From an uncultured Gemmatimonadales bacterium (lineage in GTDB: Bacteria > Gemmatimonadota > Gemmatimonadetes > Gemmatimonadales > GWC2-71-9): a DNA stretch of 64,000 nucleotides. The stretch is taken from positions 105,166 to 169,165 of the forward strand of contig CAWILD010000013.1 of assembly GCA_963836815.1 (NCBI GenBank), written 5' to 3'. Below, piece by piece: positions 20,957-29,368 of the stretch. Both the position numbers and the translations under genes were made by a program. How positions within the stretch are numbered: position 1 is the first letter of the stretch; each line of letters opens with the position of its first letter. The notes below the pieces were generated by a model that ran no database searches, was not told where the DNA came from, and saw only the letters and a program-made list of their open reading frames with translations.

Positions 20957-23900
20957 GTGCCTGAAGCCTCGGGCCGGGTGCCTACACGGCCCCTCGCCCA
21001 CGCGTTGGCCGCGGGAGCGTTGGTGTGCATCGGTTACTACCTCGGTGCACGGGTCGGTTTCGCCCTTACGCTCCATCCCGTCCCCGTCTCCACCCTCTGG
21101 CCCCCGAACGCCATCCTGCTGTCGGCTCTCCTGCTTGCTCCCAGCCGCTGGTGGTGGGCCCTGATCCTCGCTGCACTTCCGGCTCACCTCCTCGCGGAGC
21201 TCGGTAGCGGCATCCCGCTGCCCATGGTGCTCTGCTGGTTCGTCAGCAACTCGGCCGAGGCACTGGTGGGAGCCGTGGGCGTGCGGCTGCTCGTCACGGG
21301 GCCGTTGCTGCTCGACAGTTTCCGACAGGTCCTCGTATTCCTCCTGTTCCCGGTGTTCCTCGCTCCGTTCCTGTCATCCTTCCTCGACGCCTGGTTCGTT
21401 CAGCTCAACCGTTTCGGGCAGATCGGGTATTGGCAGGTATGGCAGACCAGGTTCACCGCCAACATCGTCGCCGCCCTGACCTTGATCCCGCTCATCGTGA
21501 TCGTGGGAAGCCGTGGGTGGGATCTGGTGCGCAACCTGTCTCGACGGCGCTGGCTGGAGCTGACGCTGGTCACGGTGGCCTTACTCGTGGTGTGCACCTT
21601 GGTGTTCGTCCGGGAGCCAGCCGGCCTGCGGGGCAACCCGGCGCTGTTGTATGCGCCTCTACCGATGCTCCTGTGGTCGGCGGTGCGGTTCGGCCCCGCC
21701 GGAGCAAGCGCCAGCTTCCTCGTCTTCGCGCTCTTCGCCATCGGCGGGGCAACCCGGGGATTGGGTCCGTTCGTCACCAGCTCCCCGCAGGCCAATGCCT
21801 ATTCGATGCAGCAGTTCCTGATCATCAGTGCGGTCCCATTGATGACTCTGGCCGCGGTGCTTCGCGACCGCGCTCACGCGGAGGCGCGGGCCCTGCGGGA
21901 CGAAGCCCGCCTCCGCTTGGCCTTGATCGCTGCGCAGATGGGCACCTGGGAATGGGAGGTCTCGGCTCGCCAGGGGTCTTGTTCCGACACCACTCGAGAC
22001 ATCTTCGGACTGCCTCGGGGTACGAGCTTGACCATTCGGCGACTGCTCTCGCTCGTCCTGCCCGATGACCGCCCGACCCTCGCCCAGGCGATGCGCCGAA
22101 GCTCGGAGCCCGGCGGGCTCTACGAGGCGGAGTTCCGGGTCGCACGCCCCGACAGGTCCATCCGGTGGGTCCGGGCCAACGCGATCGCTCTGTCCAACGG
22201 TGATGGAACTCCCAAGCGACTGCTCGGTGTCACTGCCGACATCACCGAGGAAAAGCAGGTGCTGGATGCAGTCCAGGAGAGCGAGGCGCGGTTCCGCAGC
22301 GTGTTCGAGATGGGCATCCTGCCGATGGCCTTCTGGCACACGGACGGGCGGATCAGCGACGCCAACGACGCCTATCTGCGCCTCACGGGCTTCAGCCGCT
22401 CCGAGCTGCAGGAAGGCCAGCTCCGCTGGGACCGGTTGACGGCGCCGGAGTTCCGCTACCGGGATGAAGAGGCGCTGCGCGAGTTGAGGCTGCACGGCTG
22501 GTGCGCTCCCTACGAGAAGGAGTACCTGCTGCGGGACGGGCGCCGAATCCCGATTCAGACCGGGGCGGCCGTACTCGGGGCGGACTACGGAATCTGCGTC
22601 GAAATGGACCTCAGCGCGCGAAAGCGTGTCGAGCGGGAGCTGGAGTCCCGTCTGCGGTTCGAGCGCCTGGTCTCGGACCTGTCGGCGACCTTCGCCACCG
22701 AACGGGATTCGCGGGCGGAAGATCAGATCCCTCCCTGGCTAGGTCGGCTCGGGGAGTTCCTGGACGTGCCTTGGGTCAGCGTCTCGCAACTCTCCCGAGG
22801 GCAGCGGGCGTTGCGGCTCATGTCCTCCTGGACGGCGCAAGGTTTCGCGCCGCTTCCCGAGACCGTCTGGGAGCGCGAGTTTGCGGCGATCGAGACCACG
22901 CTCGTTGCCGGTCGGACCGTGACCATCGAGGACTGTGAGCATGCCGCCGGGACACCCGAGCTCGATCGCCGCAATGTCGCTCGACTCGGAATCGGCGCCT
23001 TGCTCGCTATCCCGCTCGTGGCGAGCGGCAACGTGTTCGGTGCGTTGACTTTCGTCGGCGCAGGCCCGCGAAAGTGGCCTGCGGAGCTGGTTCGGCGACT
23101 GCGGCTGATCGGCGAGATCTTCAGTAACGCCCTGGCCCGAAAGGCCCTGGAGGGGGACCGGCGACAGGCGGAAGCGGTGAACGCCGCGATTCTCGCTTCT
23201 CTCCCGGGCATGACCGCCATCCTGGATCAAGCGGGAAGGATAGTGCGCGTGAACGAGGCCTGGAGCCAGTTCGGACACGCGCACCCCACCCTGTTCGACG
23301 CCGAGGGTGCCGAGGGCGACCTGGTGAAGACGTGCCAGCAGGCGGCCGCGGCGGGGAACCCGCTCGCCCAGGAGGTCAGTACCGGGCTGCAGGCGGTGCT
23401 GAGCGGGAGCCGCCACGACTTCTCACTGACCTTCCCGCTGTTCAATGGAGACAACGGCGAGGCCAACTGGCAGGAGATGCTGGTTCTCCGGTTGGCCCGC
23501 CGCGAAGGGGGGGCGGTCGTCACGCGGCTGGACTGCACGGCAAGAAAGCGGGCCGAGCTGGAGGCCGAGCGCAACCGAGCGGAGCTGGCGCATGTCGTCC
23601 GCGTGGCGACGATGGGAGAGCTCACGGCGTCACTGGCGCACGAGCTCAGCCAGCCGCTCACGGCGATTCGAAGCAACGCACAGGCGGGCTCCAGGATGAT
23701 GGGCTCGGCCACGACCGACACCGGCGAAATCCGGGCGATCTTCGCCGATATCGTCGCCAACGACCGACGGGCCAGCGAGATCCTCGGCCGAATTCGTAAC
23801 CTGGTCCGAAAGGCAGACCTGGAGTTGGTGCCCCTGGAGCTGAACGGGCTGGCCCGCGAAGTTGCAAGTCTGGTGCAGACGGATACCGTGTTACGGGGGG

Positions 23901-24298
23901 CGATCACCACCTTGGAGCTGGCCGACGGCCCCCTGCCGGTTCGGGGCGACCGGATTCAGTTGCAGCAGGTCGTGCTCAACCTGATCCTCAACGGCTTGGA
24001 GGCCATGGCCGGGACCGACCGGCGCAGCCGCCGGCTGTCCATTCAGACGGTCTGGTACGATACTGAACAGATCCAGCTTGCGGTGCGTGATACGGGCACG
24101 GGCATCGCCGGCGATCGGATCGATCACATCTTCGACCCATTTTACACCTCCAAGCCCGATGGCCTCGGGATGGGTCTCTCGATCGCACGCACCATCGTGC
24201 AGGCGCATGGCGGACGCGTGTGGGCGGAAAACAACCACGGGCAGGGAGCCAGCGTGGGGTTCGTGCTTCCAGCGGAGCGACAGGCAGCGTCTACATGA
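20957..24298 (+). CDS. Sensor histidine kinase: MASE1-like membrane domain, several PAS domains, a GAF-like region, HisKA and HATPase
   Basis: 1113 aa. The first ~300 aa are multi-TM. H-box [17 protein letters not shown] and G-box [18 protein letters not shown]. Confidence 0.9.
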   Translation: MPEASGRVPTRPLAHALAAGALVCIGYYLGARVGFALTLHPVPVSTLWPPNAILLSALLLAPSRWWWALILAALPAHLLAELGSGIPLPMVLCWFVSNSAEALVGAVGVRLLVTGPLLLDSFRQVLVFLLFPVFLAPFLSSFLDAWFVQLNRFGQIGYWQVWQTRFTANIVAALTLIPLIVIVGSRGWDLVRNLSRRRWLELTLVTVALLVVCTLVFVREPAGLRGNPALLYAPLPMLLWSAVRFGPAGASASFLVFALFAIGGATRGLGPFVTSSPQANAYSMQQFLIISAVPLMTLAAVLRDRAHAEARALRDEARLRLALIAAQMGTWEWEVSARQGSCSDTTRDIFGLPRGTSLTIRRLLSLVLPDDRPTLAQAMRRSSEPGGLYEAEFRVARPDRSIRWVRANAIALSNGDGTPKRLLGVTADITEEKQVLDAVQESEARFRSVFEMGILPMAFWHTDGRISDANDAYLRLTGFSRSELQEGQLRWDRLTAPEFRYRDEEALRELRLHGWCAPYEKEYLLRDGRRIPIQTGAAVLGADYGICVEMDLSARKRVERELESRLRFERLVSDLSATFATERDSRAEDQIPPWLGRLGEFLDVPWVSVSQLSRGQRALRLMSSWTAQGFAPLPETVWEREFAAIETTLVAGRTVTIEDCEHAAGTPELDRRNVARLGIGALLAIPLVASGNVFGALTFVGAGPRKWPAELVRRLRLIGEIFSNALARKALEGDRRQAEAVNAAILASLPGMTAILDQAGRIVRVNEAWSQFGHAHPTLFDAEGAEGDLVKTCQQAAAAGNPLAQEVSTGLQAVLSGSRHDFSLTFPLFNGDNGEANWQEMLVLRLARREGGAVVTRLDCTARKRAELEAERNRAELAHVVRVATMGELTASLAHELSQPLTAIRSNAQAGSRMMGSATTDTGEIRAIFADIVANDRRASEILGRIRNLVRKADLELVPLELNGLAREVASLVQTDTVLRGAITTLELADGPLPVRGDRIQLQQVVLNLILNGLEAMAGTDRRSRRLSIQTVWYDTEQIQLAVRDTGTGIAGDRIDHIFDPFYTSKPDGLGMGLSIARTIVQAHGGRVWAENNHGQGASVGFVLPAERQAAST

Positions 24299-24990
24299 CG
24301 ACCCAGCCCACCATCTTCGTCATCGACGACGACACACAGGTCCGCCGTGCGGTGGGCCGGCTGCTGACGTCGGCCGGCTACCGGGTGGAGCTGTTCGGAT
24401 CGGCGATCCAATTTCTCGAGACCACCGACGGCGATCGCCCGGGGTGTCTCGTCATAGATCTGCGCCTGCCCGGACTCAACGGTATCGACCTGTTCAACCT
24501 GCTCCAGACCACCGGGAAAACCATCCCGATGGTCTTCCTCACCGGCTACGGGGACGTGCCGACCAGCGTCCAGGCGATGAAGGCCGGGGCGGTGGACTTC
24601 CTCACCAAGCCGGTGGACGAGGAGGACCTGCTGGAGGCGATCGGCCGCGCGTTGGCCCGGGACGTCCAGTTGCGTCAGCGCCGGGCCGAGCAGGAGGAGC
24701 TGGTCGGGCGGCGCTCGACCCTGACCCGCCGCGAGCGGCAGGTCTTCGACCTCGTGGTCCAGGGCATGCTCAACAAGCAGATCGCCGGCTCTCTGGGCAC
24801 CACGGAGCAGACGGTCAAGGTCCACCGCGGACGCGTCATGCAGAAGATGCAGGCGACCTCCATCGCCCAGCTGGTTCACATCGCCGAGCGACTGGAGGGC
24901 TACAGCCGCGGTGAATCGGAGGCCGAGCCCTCCTCCTGGACTGGAGAGCCGGCTGGAGTCGCCGCGAGGAAATCCATGGACCGGTCCTGA
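24295..24990 (+). CDS. Response regulator, NarL/FixJ (LuxR-type HTH) family
   Basis: ATGA overlap with the kinase. Receiver domain (IFVIDDD...DLRLPGLNG...KP) plus [46 protein letters not shown]. Confidence 0.9.
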   Translation: MTTQPTIFVIDDDTQVRRAVGRLLTSAGYRVELFGSAIQFLETTDGDRPGCLVIDLRLPGLNGIDLFNLLQTTGKTIPMVFLTGYGDVPTSVQAMKAGAVDFLTKPVDEEDLLEAIGRALARDVQLRQRRAEQEELVGRRSTLTRRERQVFDLVVQGMLNKQIAGSLGTTEQTVKVHRGRVMQKMQATSIAQLVHIAERLEGYSRGESEAEPSSWTGEPAGVAARKSMDRS

Positions 24991-25349
24991 TGTCGGGACC
25001 GACACCTCCGGTGACGATCGCGGTCGTCGACGACGACGAAGGGGTGCGCCGCGCCCTCGCCCGTCTGCTGCGTGCTAGCGGCTACTCGGTGCGGACCTAC
25101 GGGTCGGCCGAGGAGTTCCTCGCGGTGGGCCGAAGCGCCCCGGTGGACTGTCTCGTGCTCGACGTATACCTCGGCACGATGAACGGCTTCGAGCTGCACG
25201 CCGAGCTGGTCGAGACGGGTTGGGTCCCGCCAACGATCTTCGTCACGGCCCACGACGAGCCCGTCGGCGACCGGGTCTGCCTCCGGAAGCCCTTCGAGGA
25301 CGGCGATCTCCTCGACGCGATCGCCGGCCTCGTCCGCTCGCCAGTCTGA
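24990..25349 (+). CDS. Stand-alone receiver (CheY-like) response regulator
   Basis: 119 aa. VDDDEGVRRAL...LVLDVYLGTMNGFEL...KPF. 1-nt overlap (TGATG) with the upstream gene. Confidence 0.85.
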   Translation: MSGPTPPVTIAVVDDDEGVRRALARLLRASGYSVRTYGSAEEFLAVGRSAPVDCLVLDVYLGTMNGFELHAELVETGWVPPTIFVTAHDEPVGDRVCLRKPFEDGDLLDAIAGLVRSPV

Positions 25350-25376
25350 GGACTGCCTCCAGGTCACCTCGCCCCT

Positions 25377-25390
25377 GGACCAAGGTCTAA
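25377..25390 (+). promoter_or_regulatory. Copy A of the 14-bp palindromic motif (TGGACCAAGGTCTA)
   Basis: 54 nt upstream of ATG 25444 and 28 nt after the receiver gene stop. Confidence 0.5.
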
Positions 25391-25443
25391 TTCCAACCAC
25401 ACCATACCCGGCGGTAACGTGAGGGCCTCACAGGAGGCCATTC

Positions 25444-25944
25444 ATGAAAACCGCATACGCAGCATGGGTCGTCGGTCTGACGCTGGCCAGCGCAGTCGCT
25501 GTCACGCCCGTCCGGGCGCAGGCCACCCCAGCCAATGCCAGCGACGAGATCGCTCTCACCCGGGCGAACGTCCAGGCCAAGCGGCAGGAAATCGTCCAGA
25601 AGATCATGGAGCTGACTCCGGAGGAAAGCGACAAGTTCTGGCCGGTGTACCGGGAGTACCGCGGCGAGATCGAAAAGCTGGGCGACGACCGGCTCAAGTT
25701 TGCCGATCGTTTCGCGAAGAACGCGGCCACCATGTCCGACGAGGAGTCCAAGCAGCTCCTCGACGAATGGTTCAAGCTGCGGGGAAAACAGCTCGACATC
25801 CAGAAGAAGTATGCCGGCAAGTTCCGCAAGGTGTTGCCGGGGGCCAAGGTAGCTCGCTTCTACCAGGTCGAGAACGCGCTCGACACCGTGGTGAGTGCCA
25901 ACCTCCAGGCCGCCATGCCGGTGGCCGGCGACAAAGGTGAGTAG
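25444..25944 (+). CDS. Periplasmic helical protein, possibly Spy/CpxP-like
   Basis: Signal peptide (AVAVTPVRAQA). AGGAGG RBS. Two related helical segments starting LTPEESDKFW and MSDEESKQLL, which resemble LTXXQ motifs. Family assignment is tentative. Confidence 0.45.
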   Translation: MKTAYAAWVVGLTLASAVAVTPVRAQATPANASDEIALTRANVQAKRQEIVQKIMELTPEESDKFWPVYREYRGEIEKLGDDRLKFADRFAKNAATMSDEESKQLLDEWFKLRGKQLDIQKKYAGKFRKVLPGAKVARFYQVENALDTVVSANLQAAMPVAGDKGE

Positions 25945-25997
25945 CGGCGGAGGCGGGGGTAGGCGGCGATAGAACCAATCAGGCAGGCGGTGGTGGC

Positions 25998-26024
25998 GCC
26001 CGGAGGGTCGCACGCCCTCCGGGC
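25998..26024. terminator. Hairpin between convergent genes
   Basis: GCCCGGAGGG / CCCTCCGGGC (10 bp) with a 7-nt loop, followed by cttctgc. Confidence 0.45.
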
Positions 26025-26030
26025 CTTCTG

Positions 26031-26615
26031 CTACTCGGAGCGGACCCCCAGGACCTTGCCGAACATGAGTCGGAACTGCCAGGGCCGATTGTAGACGTCC
26101 AGGCCTTCGAACGCGTCCGACAGTGCGAACGTGTAACGTACGTCGACCGCGAAGAAGCTGCCCCCGCTCGACGCGGCCCGGCCGAACTGGATGCCGATCG
26201 GGAGACCCCATTCGGTGCCTTCCACGGTATCGCAGCTGGCGGCGTCGGACTCGCAGCTCACCTTGAAACCGACGCTGGCGCCGCCATACACGCGAACCCG
26301 TCCCGCCCCTCCCGTCGGCACCACGCCACCGATCGTCAGTGGCAACTCGATGTAATCCAGTCGGGTATCTCCGCCGCCCTTCTGGATGTAGTTGCCTTCA
26401 AAGGTGATGGCCGTCTTCCAGGTATTGACGCCGAAGAGCAGGCCGCCCGTGGCGCCCCAACGAGACTCGCTGGTGGCGGCCAGGCCGGCCATGTCGCTTA
26501 GCGTCGCCCCGCCGACCACAGCGGCGAACCTGCTCCCAGGGCCCTGGGCCGCAAGGGTGATTGGGGCGGCGTGGATCGATACGGCCAGAAGTAAGACGTG
26601 ACCGATGCGGCGCAT
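26031..26615 (-). CDS. Outer-membrane beta-barrel protein (small porin/OmpW-like class)
   Basis: Signal peptide MRRIGHVLLLAVSIHAAPITLAAQ and alternating beta-strand pattern. The track ORF extends to 26645. Confidence 0.65.
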   Translation of the reverse strand: MRRIGHVLLLAVSIHAAPITLAAQGPGSRFAAVVGGATLSDMAGLAATSESRWGATGGLLFGVNTWKTAITFEGNYIQKGGGDTRLDYIELPLTIGGVVPTGGAGRVRVYGGASVGFKVSCESDAASCDTVEGTEWGLPIGIQFGRAASSGGSFFAVDVRYTFALSDAFEGLDVYNRPWQFRLMFGKVLGVRSE

Positions 26616-26673
26616 GAGAACCCTCGTGTGAGTCGGATTTCTCAAAGATGCACTTCAGGGCAGACCGCGATAC

Positions 26674-26687
26674 TCGACCAAGGGCTA
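26674..26687. promoter_or_regulatory. Degenerate copy H of the palindromic motif (TCGACCAAGGGCTA)
   Basis: Intergenic, 59 nt upstream of start 26615 (minus strand). Two mismatches to copy A. Confidence 0.3.
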
Positions 26688-26695
26688 GGTCGTCG

Positions 26696-27772
26696 TCAAT
26701 GCGCATGGTGCCCCTGGCGATTGTGGGGCGCACCAGGGCCGGTCGTCATCCAGACGTCGTGCTGGTAGACCGAATCGCCGCGTGACACACGTGGCCAGAC
26801 ACTGCCAGACGCCGGCATCACGATCCCGCCGATGGCCCCCATACCCCCATTCACCAGGACCTTCCCGGTCGGGTTGTCGTACTCTGCGGTGAGGCGGTAC
26901 ACGTGATCCGGAATCAGCTTGATCCCGAACGGGAGGAAATAGCGGATAGGCATCCGCTCCACCTCGCCCTGCTTCCCGGCTTTGGGTCGAGTCTCCCAGA
27001 GGAGATCGCCGGTGGTGACGTCCTCGAACCGGAGCGAGGTCCCATACTGGTGCAGGTGACCACCGGCGGCCAGCAGTCGGGCCGCGATGGCCGGCGTGGC
27101 CTCCCAGCTCTTCGTAGAGCGGCCCGGCGGCAGGTCGAACGAGTGCGCATCGGAAGGTGGCGTCACATCGAGGTACAGCGGCTGGACCGAGAGCGGTTTC
27201 AGCCAGGGTGTCGCCTGGCTCAGCTGGAGCCGAATCCGCAGGCGGACGCCCTCGTAGGATCTGGGAGTCGGGTTGTGCAGCATCGTGGTCACCAGGAGAC
27301 TATCGCCGCGACGCACTGGGAGGCCCAGGAGTGGAGGAAGAGAGTACGGCGGAGTCTCCGGCCCCGCGCCACCGATGCGCAGCATGATTGGGCTGAAGAG
27401 ATCACGACGCTCCGGAGCGATCAGGTTCACGTGGTGGAGCAGTTGGGGCGGGAGCCGTTCCCCCTTCTCGTCGACCAATTCGTAGGAGAGGGCTCGCAGC
27501 CAGCCATCCACCGGCAATTTCATCTGGAGCGGGTCGGGGGGCTTGCCATGCTCGTGCCCACTGCCCGCGGGTAGGGACACCGGGCTGGTCTCGATGGTGT
27601 ACTCGTCCGAGGGCATCCGGGCACCGCCGACAAGTACACCCACGACGCAGGCCGCCACGGCCAGCCAGATGAGTCCTCGACGGCGCGACCGGCCCCGACG
27701 GGTTGCGAGATGTTCCGCCATGGAGCGCATGAATATGACCCGGAGCCCGGGAGGGCAAGCCCTCCTCCGCAC
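26696..27772 (-). CDS. Membrane-anchored or secreted hypothetical protein with PHM/DBH-like copper-ligand pattern (putative copper monooxygenase fold)
   Basis: The CDS itself is well supported: 358 aa, with GAGG 7 nt before GTG 27772. Ligand-like residues are HH113-114, H166, H239-x-H241 and M311. The functional call is an inference. Confidence 0.5.
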   Translation of the reverse strand: MRRRACPPGLRVIFMRSMAEHLATRRGRSRRRGLIWLAVAACVVGVLVGGARMPSDEYTIETSPVSLPAGSGHEHGKPPDPLQMKLPVDGWLRALSYELVDEKGERLPPQLLHHVNLIAPERRDLFSPIMLRIGGAGPETPPYSLPPLLGLPVRRGDSLLVTTMLHNPTPRSYEGVRLRIRLQLSQATPWLKPLSVQPLYLDVTPPSDAHSFDLPPGRSTKSWEATPAIAARLLAAGGHLHQYGTSLRFEDVTTGDLLWETRPKAGKQGEVERMPIRYFLPFGIKLIPDHVYRLTAEYDNPTGKVLVNGGMGAIGGIVMPASGSVWPRVSRGDSVYQHDVWMTTGPGAPHNRQGHHAH

Positions 27773-27792
27773 CGGTCGCCTCGGCCTCTATC

Positions 27793-27806
27793 TGGACCAA
27801 GGTGCA
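27793..27806. promoter_or_regulatory. Copy B of the palindromic motif (TGGACCAAGGTGCA)
   Basis: In a divergent intergenic region, 21 nt from GTG 27772 (minus strand) and 91 nt from ATG 27897 (plus strand). Confidence 0.5.
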
Positions 27807-27840
27807 CTGGCCCGATGTGGGGTCCTAACGCACGATGAGC

Positions 27841-27891
27841 TAGAACCTTGACCCTTTCCAGTGAGTTAGACCCTTGACTCTTTCCAGTGAG
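27841..27891 (+). repeat. Tandem direct repeat (25 + 26 bp) directly upstream of an OMP gene
   Basis: TAGAACCTTGACCCTTTCCAGTGAG followed by TTAGACCCTTGACTCTTTCCAGTGAG. Each unit contains TTGAC. The second unit runs into the GAGGA RBS. Confidence 0.85.
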
Positions 27892-27896
27892 GACCC

Positions 27897-28557
27897 ATGA
27901 CTCGCCCATTCGCGGTGGTGACTACAGTTGGCGCGGTATTCGGCTTGTGGCTCGGTGCCACCCCGCTCGAGGCACAGCTTTACGAGACGGCGGACCGGGC
28001 GCGATTCGAGATCTCGCCGATCGCGAGCTATCAATGGGGTGGCTCGTTCGAGGCCGACGCTGGTGACCTTAAGCTGGACGATGGCGTCGCCTAGGGCGTG
28101 GTCCTGAGCTTTCTCGCGACCGGCAACTCGGCCCTCGAGCTGACCTACCTGCGTCAGGATACCGACCTCCGGTTCGATCCAATTGGGGACCACCCCGGCT
28201 CTGAACCAGACCGCCGGGTTCGCGATGAACTACATCCAGATCGGCGGCAGGCAGGAATTTCCCCGCGGCAAGGCTCGGCCATTCATCAGCGGGTCGCTCG
28301 GCATCAACGTTCTGGATCTCAAGGTCGAGGGCTTCGGCAGCGAGACGCGGTTCTCCTGGAGCATCGGCGGCGGCCTCATCTACATGTTGGGCGAGTCCGG
28401 AAAAGTCGGTCTCCGCGGCGACGTGAAGTACTGGTCGACCCCGGTCCCCTCGGGCGACTACGGCACCTGGTGCGACTTCTATGGTTGCTTCGTCACGGAG
28501 GGCACGGATTGGATCGGCCAGGGGCAGGCGTCGGGGGGGCTGGTCTTCGCCTTCTGA
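27897..28557 (+). pseudogene. Outer-membrane beta-barrel protein interrupted by an in-frame TAG (28092-28094) and a frameshift near 28185-28200
   Basis: ORFs 27897-28094 and 28098-... share one frame (..DDGVA*GVVLSFLATG..). The C-terminus, ending GGLVFAF, is in ORF 28183-28557. Confidence 0.65.
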
Positions 28558-28590
28558 CGGAGACCTCACAAGTCCGAATCGGGAGTTAAC

Positions 28591-29280
28591 ATGCGCAACG
28601 TGACGCTATTCGGCCTGCTGCTCGCAGCGGCGGCGTGTGGAAGAGATGGGCGCGAGACCCAGGAAGTGGCCCTGGGCGACTCGGCGACAATGCAGGTCGA
28701 CAGCGCTTCCGCGGAGCCGGCTACGCCGCCGCCCGCTGATGCGGCCAAGCCTTCACCCGAGCCGGCTTCGGGCAAGCCTGCCCCCAAGCCGGCGCTACCG
28801 CCAGTGACCGCTGAGCAGGCCGCCGCCGCGTCCGCCACGGTCGCCAAAGTCGGCCTTTCGGTCTATCCGGCCAAGGGTCAAGACAAGGACCAGACGGTCC
28901 GGGACGAGCTGACCTGCTCCGACTGGGCCCACCAGCAGACCGGCATCGACCCCATGACGGTGAGCGCCAACGTCGACTCGGCCACGGCCGCGGGCAAGAA
29001 GAGCGCCGACTCCGCGACGAGCGGCGCGGCGGTCAGGGGTGCGGCCCGCGGAGCCGTGGGCGGCGCTGCCGTGGGCGCCATCGCGGGAGACGCCGGCACG
29101 GGGGCCGCGATCGGGGCGGTCGCCGGTGGGGCGCGGGGACGCAAGACCAAGAAGGCCACCGAGCAGCAGGCTGGCGCGGCGGCAGGCGCGGAAGCCGAGG
29201 CGCAGGCGGCCGCATCGCTCGACGCGTTCGGCAAGGCGATGTCCGTCTGCCTCGAGGGTAAGGGGTATTCCGTGAAGTGA
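28591..29280 (+). CDS. Lipoprotein with a Pro/Ala-rich linker and a glycine-zipper segment
   Basis: Lipobox LLAAAACG. Glycine zipper GAARGAVGGAAVGAIAGDAGTGAAIGAVAGGARG. Confidence 0.7.
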   Translation: MRNVTLFGLLLAAAACGRDGRETQEVALGDSATMQVDSASAEPATPPPADAAKPSPEPASGKPAPKPALPPVTAEQAAAASATVAKVGLSVYPAKGQDKDQTVRDELTCSDWAHQQTGIDPMTVSANVDSATAAGKKSADSATSGAAVRGAARGAVGGAAVGAIAGDAGTGAAIGAVAGGARGRKTKKATEQQAGAAAGAEAEAQAAASLDAFGKAMSVCLEGKGYSVK

Positions 29281-29284
29281 CTCT

Positions 29285-29362
29285 GTGAAGGGGGCCGTGA
29301 AGGGGCATCGACGCTGCCGTGAAGGGGCGTCGACGCTGCATGAAGGGGCATCGACTGGAGGG
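29285..29362 (+). repeat. Intergenic tandem repeat built on GTGAAGGGGC(A/G)TCGACGCTGC (22-bp period)
   Basis: Units at 29297-29318 and 29319-29340 differ at two positions. Partial units at 29285-29296 and 29341-29362. GTGAAG also occurs at 29273. One full unit contains the palindrome GCGTCGACGC; the other reads GCATCGACGC. Confidence 0.85.
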
Positions 29363-29368
29363 AGTGTC

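Noticed and set aside
21590-21605. A motif-like sequence, TGCACCTTGGTGTT, inside the kinase coding region. Other CCAAGG-containing sites occur in coding DNA, for example at 38021.
   Set aside because: They lie within well-supported coding sequence and have a degenerate second half-site. I did not count them as motif copies.
28092-28094. The in-frame TAG as pyrrolysine or another form of recoding.
   Set aside because: There are no pyl genes or supporting context. The gene also carries a frameshift. A TGG-to-TAG mutation or a sequencing error suffices.
29285-29362. A CRISPR-like array.
   Set aside because: There are only 2-4 directly abutting 22-bp units with no spacers, and no cas genes are nearby.
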